A DNA stretch of 64,000 nt from the human T2T-CHM13v2.0 reference genome, Homo sapiens: NCBI RefSeq assembly GCF_009914755.1, contig NC_060930.1; one strand, given 5' to 3'. The notes under the pieces were generated by a model that worked only from the letters and a program-made list of their open reading frames with translations, had not been told where the DNA came from and searched no databases. Shown in pieces: positions 16,152 to 33,299 of the stretch; the first letter of the stretch is position 1; the number at the start of each line of letters is the position of its first letter. The translations under genes were made by a program, and so were the position numbers.

Positions 16152-17285
16152 GGAGAAGGAGAAACTAAAAATAAATATATAATTATGAAGTGTTTCTTTC
16201 TATCTAGCTTAATAATCCTACCTTTGTTTTTAGAAAATAGTGAAATAACTCGATTCCATCATTGTTCTTCAATCTCTTTTTTCCCTTCCTCTTGCACTCT
16301 CTTCCCTGGAATAATAAGGGTCTTTCTTGAGATGCTCCTGGGGAGGAGAACAGAGCTTTTGTGTGGGCTCCCCAGTTAGTTCAGTGCTTACCTCAGTCAG
16401 GGTGTTCTTGTTACCTGCATTCAACAATGTCACACTAAGGTATGAGGGACTAGAAGGGTTACAATGAGTTAACATTCCCAGAGATGGTCCTGTTTGGAAG
16501 GGTTTGCTCATTAATTCAAACGGATAAATCTTGGGGGCAGGAGGGTCTGTAGTGGTGGGGCTGGATTTGTCCAAATTAATTTTGGTCAGATGGGATTTTC
16601 CATCTACCTCAAACGTAACCACAATAAACTACGTCTGTGTCTGAAGCCATCACCATCTATCTTTCCTTTGGAGTTTCAATCTTTCATTTTATGAGGACAC
16701 CACTAAGATGGACGATGTATGATGTATCCAACCTTGTCTACAAACTGCCTGATAGGCCTGAAGATGGTCATTTAGAAAATTTCTGTCACTGGAGAAACAG
16801 CAAAGCCTTTTGTAAAGCATGTGTCCATATCCTTCACTGCTTACCAAACAAGGATAGGAGGTCAAAAGTTTTTAAATTCATTTAACTCAGAAAGCACCAC
16901 TTTAGTGTTTCCAAGGTTAAGAGACTTGACCACGGTTAACTGGTCAACTAATAACAAATAACAGAGCTGGAAATGGAAACTAACTCTAACTCTCCTTATT
17001 CAAATCCTTTAATTAGTACCAAGGCTTGATCTCCTTATCTGCTTGTGATGGTTGAGAAGCTAAGAAAGAGATTATATGGCTCCTAAGGCCCCTCCTAGGT
17101 TTATGACTGTAGGGATTTGACTGCAGGGAAAGTTTCATCAGAATAGTGACAAATTAGCCAACATTGCCCCACCTAAGGGTGACTCAGGGACATTCTGCTG
17201 TTTTTATCTGGAGTGATAGGGTCAATTGTCTCTCTTCTGAGGACAACATTTAATATACAAAGGCACAGATTAAAATCTTATGATC

Positions 17286-17589
<304 letters not shown>

Positions 17590-18291
17590 TTATGATCATC
17601 ATAGAAAAAAATGTCCAATGCATGATTCAGACTTGTGTAACATCACATAATGATGTCATTGTATTAGTAGCACATTCAAAATGTTTATGCAGAAGGGGTA
17701 ACAATCTGGTTGTTAGCTGAGAATGGGGATCATGGCCACCTTCTCTTTCCCCAGTACCACCTTGGCAAGGTCCAATTGCATCAGGAGCATAGCAGCCACA
17801 TCCTCCATTTTCTTCTTAATAAGGAGCATGAACTCTGCAATTAGCCCACCCTTTTTCCATTTTGAGTAGGATCCTTACTTCAAATAGCCTACTTCTGTCC
17901 CACCCCTTCCCTACCTATCATCTCCATCACTTATATTCATCTTCTGAGCTTCCCCACTAGTGTCCCTATCTGGTCCTGTCTTCCCTGGTTGCCTCTTCCT
18001 ACCTGCACAGTTTACATTACACCCTCTGCCTCCCCATTTCTCCCTTGTGAGGTAGTTACTATTACCCTCATTTTACAGAGGAGGAAACTGCAGCAAAGAG
18101 CCAGTCTAGTGATATTGGTTTAAACAAGAGTACGCCTTTAGAAGTGAAAGAAGGGGTTGATGAGGCTGTGAAGAGCAAGAAATACTTAAAGAAGCTATCC
18201 CAAAAAGCAAGAAACGGGAAGGACACTTTCTTCCTCTTGTTTTTCCTCCAGCAAAGGCCCACTTTACCTAAAGACCTGGAACTCAAGATTC

Positions 18292-18668
18292 TTTTTTATT
18301 TTTTCTTCAACTTTTATTTTTAGCTCAAGGATACGTGTGCAGGATGTGCAGATTTGTTACATAGGTAAACAAATGTGTGTGATGATGGTTTGCTGCATAG
18401 ATCATCCCATCAGCTAGGTATTAAGCCCAGAGTCCGTTAGCTGTTCTTCCTGATGCTCTCCCTCCCCTGACTCATGCCCCTCCGACAGGCCCTCGTGTGT
18501 GTTGCTCCCACCCCATGTGTCCATGTGTTCTCATCACTTAGCTCCCACTTACATGTGGTGTTTGGTTTTCTGTTCCTCTGTTAGTTTGCTAAGGATAATG
18601 CCTTTCAACTCCACCCATATCCCTGCAAAGGACATGATCTCATTCCTTTTTATGCCTTCATAGTATTC
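18292..18668 (-). mobile_element. L1PA (PA10-PA13-like) 3' end
   Basis: 'caggatgtgcagatttgttacataggtaaac...ccctgcaaaggacatgatctcattcctttttatg'. Confidence 0.9.
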
Positions 18669-18697
18669 TTGAAAAGACTCAGTTAAGAAGTCATTGG

Positions 18698-19260
<563 letters not shown>

Positions 19261-19896
19261 ATTATGGGAGGAACATCTTTTATTTCACAACCCAATTTAA
19301 AATGAAGATTAGGAAATTCGAGGCTGATTCTACTTTTTATTTATTTATTTTTCTTGCATTATCAAAGAGTTTCAGATGCTGCCTTTGGCACATTTATCAT
19401 AGGAGACAGAGCTACGTGCTGTTCAATTACAGTTATGTGCCTCCTGCAGTAAGTATTACGTGGAGATATAAGGAATATAGCAGACCTTGGTGATACTTTC
19501 CCAAATGAACTCCCATAAAATATAGATTTATAAATTAAAGAAGAAAACACAACACATCAACTTGTATGTGAAACCAAAATTGCACCTGATCCGTGGTCCT
19601 TAAATATTAAGTTAACAAGGATAAATTTAATCTATTAAACCCTGGGGATGATTCAACTGAGAAATAAATTTGCTTCTTCCCATCATACTACCTTTCTTTG
19701 AAAGCTGATTCTACCACTTTCAAATTGTGTAGCCTGTGCTAGTTACTTAAACTTTCTGAGCTTCAGTTTTCTTATACAGATTGAGCATTCCTTATCTGAA
19801 ATGCTTGGGACCAGAAATAGTTCTGATTTTGGATTGTTTTGGATTTTGGAATATTTGCATATACATAATGTGATATCTTGGGGATGGGACCCAAGC

Positions 19897-20274
<378 letters not shown>

Positions 20275-20320
20275 TAGCCTGAAAGTAATTTCATACAATA
20301 TTTTTATATAATTTTGTGCA

Positions 20321-20390
20321 TTATATATATATTATATATATATATATAATATATATATATATAATATATATATATAATATATATATATAT
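20321..20390. repeat. (TA)n microsatellite
   Basis: Directly visible. Confidence 0.95.
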
Positions 20391-20415
20391 AAACAAAGTT
20401 TATATTAAGTAGTTA

Positions 20416-20872
<457 letters not shown>

Positions 20873-21958
20873 TTAGGAATGTTAAATGAGTTAATACATA
20901 TGAACTTCACAGGACAGTGTGTAGTATTAAAATGTTGCTATTTGTCATATCATTTATCAAACATTCATTTATTTAATATCTTAATACCATCCAGGTACCA
21001 GTACTGTGTTAAGCCCCAGGAATACATGGATGAATATTTTTCTTATTAAACTCTCCAAGTTGTTTAAATATTTTTTTCAGATGACTTACAAAGATATAAA
21101 CAATGCTTCCAGATAACAGGAATTAGAAGTAGATAAAGATAAAGCCAAGGGAGGGAGAAGAAGGAGCAAACGTGGAGCAGGAAACTCCTTCTCTTGAGCT
21201 CCCCTACATACTTCTTAGGGTGGATCACCTTTCTGGCTCTGGACTTCTCCGCAGCCAGCAGGAAACTGCAAAGTTGAACAAGACAAGATTTCCGACTTCA
21301 GGGAACTCTATGTCTAGTTAAGGAAACAGATGTGTAAACAAACAATTACAGTGCAATGTGATGAATGCAAAAGTGGAAGTTCTCGGCAGCAGGCTTTATA
21401 GAAGAGATATTTGCCATTGACTTTAAGGATGAAGAGTGTTGCAGAGAATATCCAGGAAAGGCAATAGTACATGCGAAGATCTGGAGCCTTGAACAGCACC
21501 ATTTGCAATGCGGACAACAAGGTAAAATTTTCTAGAGTCCTGTCAGAGAGGTTTTGGAAGGCACACAAGTACTCAGTATTTTTTTTCCGGTAAAATAACG
21601 AAGGAACTCATGGTAAGTATTTCATGGCAGCAAGAACAATAACATTGCCTCAGAGAAAGCAGAGTGAAGTTAAAAAATCAAAATAGGCAAAATAGCAATG
21701 TAAGAGAAGAGAAGCAAGCCCTAAAACTCCACTTCTGTTACTATTTGTCTATTTCAATTTGTATTTCCTAGGAAACTTGTTTGGAAGAAGAGGGTTCTAT
21801 GCTTACGTATAAATACTAAGCAACCCACAATTGCTTAATATTTATACCTAAGCATAGATTGTTTTAAAACAGAAACAGTAAACTGAATAGAATTTTGGAA
21901 CACATCAGATGGTTAGAAATTATGAAATCCTATACTATCATTTTAATTAAGAGGAAAA

Positions 21959-22242
21959 GGGCCGGGCACTGGCACTCATGCCTGTAATCCCAACACTTTG
22001 GGAGGCCTAGGCGGGCATATTGCTTGAGCTCAGGAGCTTGAGACCAGCCTGGACCAAATGGTGAAACCCTATCTCTACAAAAAATACAAAAAATTAGCCA
22101 GGAGTGGTGGCACCTGCCTGCAGTTGCAGCTACTCTGGAGGCTAAAGTGGGAGGATCACTTGAGCCCAGGAGGTGGAGGTTGCAGTGAGCCAAGATCGTG
22201 CCACTACACTCCAGCGTGGATGACAGAGTGATAACCTGTCTC

Positions 22243-22271
<29 letters not shown>
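21959..22271 (+). mobile_element. AluJb-like
   Basis: Full Alu with A tail. Confidence 0.93.
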
Positions 22272-22274
<3 letters not shown>

Positions 22275-23425
22275 AGAGAGAGAGAAAGAAGGATAAATTA
22301 ATTACCAAAATAGCTGGATAGTGGTAGAGCTGGAACAAGTGGAACAAGACCAACATTGTCCTATTGAGTGTCCTTCTAGTTGACCATGTCGACTTTCCCA
22401 ACCCAGTGGCAAGATTTTGAAATCTGATATATTTCTTCAAAAATGAAGGAATGACACAAGGCTGGAAACAGGAGACAGTAACTTAAATTGGAGGGACTAA
22501 TTCAAATTCCAAGAATCAAAAATATCTGTTGCAATATATGAAAGGTTTTTAATATATGAAGAATTCTATAGAGGTGGTTGTGTACTTAAAACTAGGGGAA
22601 ACCATAATTACATATATTAACATTTTTGTGAAAGTTCTTCCAGCTTGCCGTATATGTACCCTCACATCTATACAGAGCCAAGAAAATTCATTTTCAATGA
22701 AGAATGAATTACTGAAACTTGACTAAAGTTGTATTGTTACACATTGAATGGAATTGCAGTTGTCCCCATTGACTTCAATTGTCTTCTCAGAAATCCTTTA
22801 TCTTCTTGACTGATTGATCTTCTTTTAATAGTGAATCCTAGTGCCTCATTGTTAGCTGTTTCCCCACAATGCTCTCAATCAAGTGGTTCCTCATCTATGA
22901 ACATATGTTTAAGAGCATTGAAACAGTTCCATATTCAAAGAAACTTTGTTGAAATCTTTTAAGTAAAGCAAAGATAAACAATTCCTGCCCTATTGTACTC
23001 TTTTGGAAGCTCTGCTTACATGCTCCACATTGTATGTTTGTTTTGTTGCTTTGTTTTCTTTTTCATCTCAGTTTTTGAGGATAAGAATGCTTTGTTTTAA
23101 AAGGGATCATCTGTGTCTTTTTAAAAGCTTACTGAATTTTCCTGGTGTGAATTATTTGCACGTACTCATTTTTGTGGTTGATTTGGATTTTACAGTGATT
23201 AAGATTTTACGGTACCTGCTCCACCGGGCCCAGATCCTGCTTCCCAGATCTTCCTGGGAAGCACAAAACCCCTTCCTGGCCAGCAGGCTGTCTCACTAAT
23301 CCTGAGATAGAGATCACTATTGTTGATCTTCGTACCACCTTGCCAGTGCCTACTTAGCATCTGACATCAGAAGCATCCCATCAAAACCTGGTGAACAAAT
23401 TGAAAGATAGATGATTCAGGACTAG

Positions 23426-23834
<409 letters not shown>

Positions 23835-23961
23835 CCTGCTCTATTTTTTGAGGGTTTTTTTCTCCCCTTGAGATATCAATTACATACTGCCCAATAGGTG
23901 TCCAAAGCATCCACTTTTGCTAGGCACTCTAAACACATCAAACACTATACATTATTACTAG

Positions 23962-24374
<413 letters not shown>

Positions 24375-25134
24375 TTACTGGGGCAGACACACAAGAAAGC
24401 CAAGAGGCAGGAAGATGGTAGCATCTGGCCATCAGCACAAGGACTAAGGGCAATGGGGTCCCCATTCCTCCACTGCCCTTTGCTCTGCCTCATATTGTTC
24501 CCATTCTACAAAAGGAGCTCTCAGTCCACACCTTCCTTTCACCTTAAGTTAAAATATCCATAGCTTATCTAAGTCACTTAGGAGATTCTTCTGATAAAGA
24601 AGTCAAGCTCAGTTTCCAATCCAATTTCTACCACATACCAAATTGCTCACTCTCTTTGAATCTCAGTGATTTCATCTGTAAACTGGAGTCATATATAATT
24701 GCTTTTTATAATGAGCACGTGCAATTAAAAACATTCCAAAACAAATATAAATAAGTGACAATTAGTTAAAATGGCACATGTGAAGTACCTGGTACAGAGT
24801 AGACCCCAAATGTCTGCTCTCCTCCTTCCCCCAGGAAGTTTGTGCAATTCACAAGACTAATAAGCTTCACTACAGTATGTTGTCCTAAAATAAGAATGTC
24901 CATCATTCCTGACTTGCTGGTTGGTGGAATGTGTGAGAAATAAGCTCATCCTCATTTCCTCTTACCCACCCACTTGCAGAGGCTGGGGAGATATAGGCCC
25001 CTTGCTCATGGGGAGGGCGCACTGGGATAAGGTTGATCTGGAGCCAAATAGCAAAGGAAGGTAAGTTTGCCTTTTGTGTCCTCTCATTTCCCTCTCTGAA
25101 TCTATGCTATCCTTCCCACATTTGCATTTGCATT

Positions 25135-25440
25135 TTTGTTTCTTTTCCTTTTCCTTTCTTTCTTTTTTTTTTTTTTTAAGGAGTCTTGCTCTGTAGCCCA
25201 GGCTAGAGTACAGTGGTGTGATCTCTGCCTCCTGGGTTCAAGCCATTCTCCTGCCTCAGCCTCCTGAGCAGGTGAAACTACAGGCGCCCGCCATCATGCC
25301 CGGCTAATTTTTGTATTTTGAGTAGAGATGGGGTTTCACCATATTGGCCAGGGTGGTCTTGAACTCCCAACCTCAAGTGATCCGCCTGCCTTGGCCTCCC
25401 AAAGTACTGGGATTACAGGGCGTGAGCCACCACGCTGGAC
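25135..25440 (-). mobile_element. AluS with small internal deletion
   Basis: Antisense Alu; approximate TSD catttgc.tttt. Confidence 0.92.
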
Positions 25441-25657
25441 TACATTTGCGTTTTTCTTCCCCATTCACTCCACCCACTCCCCTAGATTCTGTATTTTCAC
25501 ATTTACCTATCAAACTAATGATTACAAGTTTGTGTGTTTTTAAGACTCACAATTCCTTTGTACTAAATATCCCCTGTGCCCAAAATAAATTTATTCTTGG
25601 CCAGAAATAATTTTTATAGCTAATGATTATAGTTACAGAATTCGAGACTCATTCTCT

Positions 25658-25752
25658 CCTTTGTTTGAAAACTGACTCTACCACTTTCAAATTGTGTAGC
25701 CTGCACTAGTTACTTCAACTTTCTGAGCCTCAGAGTATCCCTTATCTGAAAT
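25658..25752 (+). repeat. Dispersed copy of 19691-19802 (MIR/Tigger4b junction)
   Basis: 69/76 identity to 19691-19766, then the Tigger4b TIR sequence 'gagtatcccttatctgaaat'. Confidence 0.88.
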
Positions 25753-26329
25753 CTAAATCCCTTATCTGAGAGGTCCTTATATGGGGACAGAAAGAATCTA
25801 TCCCCATATAGCTTTTATTTAAAGTAGATAAATTATCCTGGTCCCTCCACACTGGAATGACAGGCAGGAAGCTGCATCCTGTGATGTCCTTGGGCCAGGA
25901 ATTTTGCAGCTACTTCCATGGCACTATGACTTCTCTTAAACTACAGGGCCACCCACCTCTCAGAGAACACAGACACATAGACACACGACACACACTCATG
26001 TACACACATAAACACACACACACAGAGACGCCAAAATAAGACGTCCTCCATCCTCTTCCATCTGCAAGATATATTCCTGTAAGTTGGAGAAAGGAAAACT
26101 TTTTTTTTCCATTTGATTGTTTTCTAGTGATTTTCAAATGAACGATGCCTTTGACAGGCCAATAGAATGCTGTGTGTAGTTCTATCTAAACATATTTAAA
26201 CTTGGCACATTATATAGTTTTATATATGTATGACCTGATGAAAACCTATTTAGATCCAAGAAGATTTGGATCATTTTTGGTAGTTCCTGAATGTGGAAAA
26301 AATGGCCCCAAATCTGTGAATTATCTAAA

Positions 26330-26645
26330 TCTATTCTACTTAGTATGGTGGCCATTAGCCATAGTTGGCTACTGACCATTTGTCTGAGTAAGTATAAAAT
26401 ACACACTTTAAGTATTAAATACAAGTGGACTTTGAAGATTTAGTATGATATCGTTTAATAATTTTTATATTATCATTTAATAATATCGTTTAATAATTTT
26501 TATATTAATTACATGCTGAAATGAAAATATTTTGGGTGTATTGGGTAAAATAAAATATATGAATAAAATTAATTTCACCTGTTTCTTATTCCTTCTTAAT
26601 GCATATGTAGCTTATACTTGTGGCTTTCATTATATATATTTATAT
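26330..26645 (-). mobile_element. MER33 (hAT-Charlie)
   Basis: 'tatggtggccattagcca...gactttgaagatttagtatga...aaaattaatttcacctgtttct'; internal 25-bp duplication near 26448-26507. Confidence 0.8.
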
Positions 26646-27179
26646 CTAGATATCTAGTGTAGATGTTAGTTCAGTCATGAAAAAGGAATGTTTTCTTATT
26701 TTAGAGTAGATGGGGCTAGCTGGGCAAAGATCTCCAGTGGCCATGTAACACCTGACACATCATATATTTACTTGCTTATTTATTATCTTTCTCTTTCCCC
26801 ACTGGAAAATAAGGTTTCTGTAAATAAAATTTTATGGGCTGTTAACCCACAGTGTATGAAATAACTGAAAACCCAAAATGCATCTGGCCTCCTTCATTAT
26901 GAGCAAAGCTTTGTATGAAGGCCATTTCAGTCTTTGTTCTTTAGGAATTGTGGGTTTCACTCACGTGGGTGATAGTGCAGCAGTTGCACAAGTGACATGT
27001 GCTGTAGAGTTGGGCCATCATCATTCCTTGAAAGAACTGTCCCTTCCAACGGAGTATCTAGGAAACTTTGGGGTCAACATTGTAGACTGTGGTTCAGCTT
27101 TGGTTTATGGCTTCCACATTGTTCCCTTTCTTTCGGGCCTCCTTCCTGGTGCTTAACGCAAAAATTTTCAAGTTGTACT

Positions 27180-27870
27180 TGACTCTTCTTTTTCTCTCAC
27201 TCTCCAGTTCTAATTAATTGGTAAAGCTCTTTCTTCAGATTATTCCAGATTATACCCATTTCTCACTCTGCCACTGCCACTTTGGCCCACATCTCCCACA
27301 CCTCCATAAATATAAGTCAGATCACGTCACTCTTCTGTATAGAATCAACCAATGTTTCCATTGCACTTAGACTAAAAGCCGAAGTGCTTACAATGGCTTT
27401 GAAGGCCTATCCAACTCCCATCCCCCAAGTTCTCACACCTCAGACTCCTAATGCTCTCCTCTGGCTCACTCTGCTCCAGTCCGTCTGGTCTCCACGTTGC
27501 CTCTTACACTCCCAGGCACACATCTCCCTCAGGGCTTTTGCACTTGCTGTTCCAGTTGCATGCAATGTCCTTTCTCCAAATATTTGTTTGGCTTGTTCCT
27601 TTACTGACTTCAAGTCTCTATTCAAATGTCATGTCTTCTTTGACCACCTATATAAAGTATGCCCTCTCCTCTTTACCTAATTAGGTTTTCTCCATAGATT
27701 TTATTGGCATAGGACATAAATACTCACTTGTTTTTTGGTTGTTTTTTTTTTTTGTCATTTCTTACTATTAGAACATTAGCTCCATGATTGTGAAGATTTT
27801 GCTTTCTTCATTGTTGTTTCCTCAGTGCCTAGACATGGCTTATATCAGAGGTGCTCAATAGATATTTGTT
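27180..27870 (+). mobile_element. L2a 3' region
   Basis: 'tcagatcacgtcactc', 'cctcagggcttttgcacttgctgttcc', end 'gtgctcaatagatatttgtt'. Confidence 0.85.
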
Positions 27871-28483
<613 letters not shown>

Positions 28484-28579
28484 AAATACATTTTTAAAGT
28501 AAAATAAAAAATAGAAAAAGAAATTATACCTAACCCTTAATCAAACAGTAACTTTACTGTATGCTGAAGCTCCACATCT

Positions 28580-28756
<177 letters not shown>

Positions 28757-28944
28757 TAAAAATACATAGTAACTATGTGACTTATTTTATTTTTCCTAGT
28801 CCTAGACGTTTAAGAAATGTTCCTATTCTTTCCTACCTCCATTTTTTGCAATTAGCCTGTAACACCTCAGGAGGGTTACGTTTTATTCAGCTTTTATTCC
28901 CTGCAGCCTGTAGCACAACTCTTTATGTAACAGGCACTCAATTA

Positions 28945-29163
<219 letters not shown>

Positions 29164-29165
29164 CC

Positions 29166-29334
29166 AGCTGGGACTACAGGCGCCCGCCACCACATCCGGC
29201 TAATTTTTTGTATTTTTAGTAGAGACGGGGTTTCACCATGTTAGCCAGGATGGTCTCAATCTCCTGACCTCGTGATCTGCCCGCCTCGGCCTCCCAAAGT
29301 GCTGGGATTACAGGTGTGAGCCACCTCGCCCAGC
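29166..29334 (-). mobile_element. AluY 5' half (no 3' end)
   Basis: 'ttagccaggatggtctcaatctcctgacctcgtgatc'. Confidence 0.88.
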
Positions 29335-31019
29335 AGCAGAATTCATTTCTAATTTAGATAAAGTCCACATTATATAAACTGGCTGTATGTGAGCATACAT
29401 AAAGTTTATCCTGTTGATTTAAATTTTCCTACTGAGAATAATAACTATCTACAACTCCAACACCAGCATGTCTTCGGCCAGCTTGGTGTGTCCAGCCATA
29501 GCACCTTTTTTAACTAGTTTATTTGCTCTCTTTCTCTCCAAACATACTCTGTTTAGTGAAACTTTATTTTATGTTTCCCTTTAGTGTGAGGCACCACCCA
29601 GCCTCACACAAAGAAAGTTGTCTAGGGCTGAACCAAGGCGTGTGCTTCAACAGGGGAGGTTGTTTTCTAATTGCCTTTTTTCATCACTCACCTCCACGCC
29701 ACTGAAGGACATACAAGTAGATTTTATTTTTAATTATTTTTCTTACTTTTTTGAGGGTGTGAAGTTGTATGTGTTGTTGTAATTCTAAGGGAAAAAAATA
29801 GCTCTAGAAAAGAAGCTATTTCTTTCTTTTTATTATTAAGAATAAGTTTTTTAAAAAAGGAACTGTCATTCCATTAAGGTCTTCATCTGTTAAAATTGTT
29901 CTGTGGACAGGAAGTTGAGGAATTTTTAAAGTTCTTTCCAAAAATTTGTTTTTTCTTAAGGAAAAGTGAAAAAAAAGATTTCCAGGTATCTCTCACTGTC
30001 TTATTCATCATTCAGACATTCTACTTTCATCTCAATACCACCATGAAATGAAACAAACTTGTATGAATGATATGTTACTGATCTAACCCCCAAAATCCTT
30101 TAAAGACAGGATTTCTTAATTTGTTCTCTCATTGGATAAATGCTCAAAGAATACACGGAGGTCTTTTAAGCTTAGTTGGAATCGACTTATTGGGCAAGTA
30201 ATGAATCTGATTGTTATGTTAGCTTCCATGTCAGCAAAATAACAGATGTACAAGTATAATAGAGGAGAAAAAAAGTTGCTTTTGGATTGTTAGAGCAGGT
30301 GCTACATGAAAAAAAAAAATCACATGGAACTTTCTCAAGTGCATTTGGAAACACTTGGAAGGTAGCCAGGAGGAAAGTTCTCCTTCAATCCCTTGGACAT
30401 CCAGTTGTGAGCCAGGATTAGGCTCCTGAACAGCTGAGTCAATGAGGACACTGACACCATGTCACTTCTTCAGCTCTTTATTCCTCCCTCACCCTCCAAC
30501 AAAAGCAGCAGAGATTGCCCTCCCCCACTAGCACACACACATACACAGAGTCCAGCTGTCAGATATGGCTTTCAGGGAACACCAGACAGTGCTGAGTCCC
30601 AGTCCGGGGTGAAGGCAAGTTACCATGGTTCTCTGGCTATTATTGCGTTCAGCACATCAGGGAATGGAAATAAGTGCGCACATGTTCTAAAAGGCCCTTT
30701 GGGAAAAATCAGTGGGGCTGCATGGGAGACACAATGGCAGGCTTTGTCGCAGAGAAAGGATTTGGTCTGGCAAGCAACAGCAGTCCTGCTGGACACAGGG
30801 TTTGTCTGCACAGGCAGGATGGGAAAACCATGTGCAGGGTTTACAGAACATCCTCATTAGAAAAAAGTAGGGCATTTAGCATAATTAAAAGTCATCCTGA
30901 AGACATCAGGTAAGAGCCTGCTGTTTTTAATTAATTGTTCCTGTGATCCTATGACTTTAAAAGGAGTGCCGCTCTTGCCCATAGAGGTTTAGAATTACTT
31001 CAGAAACATAAGTCATTTA

Positions 31020-31380
31020 GTTGGGGGCAAAACAGCATCTGTGAAAGTTTGAAAAAGGCAAAAGAGGAAAGAGAGAAGAAAAAGTATGGGATAGTGAGAA
31101 AGAGTTGAAAATTATGAAGCTACTAATATATAATTTGCAAAGATTATCCTGTTGTGTTTTCATGCTCTGTGCCTTAATATCCTCACATCCAAACTACAAA
31201 GTTGGGGCAAAACAGCATCTGTGAAAGTTTGATAAAGGCAAAAGAGGAAAGAGAGAAGAAAAACTATGGGACAGTGAGAAAGAATTGAAAATTATGAAGC
31301 TACTAATATATAATTTGCAACGATTATCCTGTTGTCTTTTCATGCTCTGTGCCTTAACATCCTTGCATCCAAAATACAAC
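31020..31380 (+). repeat. Tandem duplication, 2 x ~180 bp of unique sequence
   Basis: 31020-31200 vs 31201-31380: 12 substitutions and 1 indel by manual count. Confidence 0.97.
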
Positions 31381-31734
31381 TCCCCACTGACCTGCATCCT
31401 GCCTTGATATATAAATTAGTTTGGGGGAAAAATTCCCAGAGTCAAGGTTAAGAGAAAACAGCTGGGACATAAACTACGAGCCATGTGTCATAGATTTCTC
31501 CAAGTACGTAGAGTTTAAAAAAAAGAAAACCCTATTTTGAAGAGTCAGCATGTCCAGAACAAGTAGGGTGAACCAAGGACTTTATATGGTCTCCATATTC
31601 ATGAAAATAAATATGGGGAAGACTATATAACTGTGTCAGTTATGCAAAGGGGGAGGACTAAACAACATAAGAAATCCTGTCCAAAACTTTTTTTCTTTCT
31701 GTTATAAAATCCCCAACCTAAATTATCTAAGTAA

Positions 31735-32303
<569 letters not shown>

Positions 32304-32434
32304 TTCTTCCACTGTTTTAATTCTGTTATATAAATTTGTATTCTGCTTTTCTCACTTAATATAGCAAATGTATTCCTGTGTCCTGACAGTGTATTGGACA
32401 TTCCATGCAAAGTACTGAAAACTATACTTCCTTC

Positions 32435-32793
32435 TTTTTATTTTTTATTTTCAATTTTAAATTAATTTTTAAATTTATTTATTTATTTTTAAAGACAGGG
32501 TCTTACTTTGTCTCCCAGGCTAGAGTGCAATGGTACAATCAGCTCACTGCACCTCTAACTCCTGGGCTCAAGCCATTATTTTGCCTCGGCCTCCCAAGTA
32601 CTTGGGATTATAAGCTCAAGCTATATTGCCCAGCTAACTTTTTAAATTTTCTTCTTCTTCTTTTTTTTTTTTTTGTAGAAATGGGGCCTCACTATTTTAA
32701 CCAGGCTGGTCTGAAACTCCTGGTCTCAAACCATCCTCCCATCTAGGCCTCCCAAAATGTTGGGATTACAGGTTTGAGCCACCATACCCAGCC
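32435..32793 (-). mobile_element. AluJ
   Basis: Diverged antisense Alu. Confidence 0.9.
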
Positions 32794-33299
32794 ACCTCCC
32801 TCTTTTAAGAAGCCACAGTTTTCACCAAGCCCATACCTCTTCCTCCGTGTGTGTGTGTGTGCGCCCACATTCTGTGCCATGTAGCCCTGCTACCATAGGC
32901 TGATTGAGAACCAGCCTATGACTGGTCCTCATCAGTCTGTGTGTCTGTGAATAATATCTGTGTGTAGACATTATTCAACACAGACACTCTCTATTTTATT
33001 AGGACTTGTCAAATTCATCAGATTTTCTGTCAGAGCTTGTGGAAGGAAAGACGTAGTCATTAGTGGAGTGATGAAGAAGCTGAGGGAAAGCCACAAAAAA
33101 AGTGATAAAGCAGGAACCACGAGGCAATAGAACTCAGGCAATAGAAAGTGAAGTAGAGAAAAACTGGATCATTGAGATTAAGCTGAGTCACCCTGATGTG
33201 TAAACCACCAACAGAGCCAATTAAAAAGTCAGCTGCTTCCAAGAAAGGATCAAATAATTGAATCAGAAGAGATGCACTGAAATCTTCAGTAATATTAGT

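Noticed and set aside
16269-16622. 117-aa minus-strand ORF in unique DNA with donor-like gag|gtaagc near 16391
   Set aside because: No recognisable homology, non-ATG start, no convincing acceptor or partner exon.
22640-22980. Possible processed-pseudogene remnant on the minus strand
   Set aside because: Only short open frames; no TSD, tail or recognisable homology.
27282-27680. 132-aa ORF
   Set aside because: Lies within an L2a fragment.
30459-30860. 133-aa ORF in unique sequence
   Set aside because: No recognisable domain, includes a CA repeat, and overlapping ORFs in other frames suggest a composition effect.
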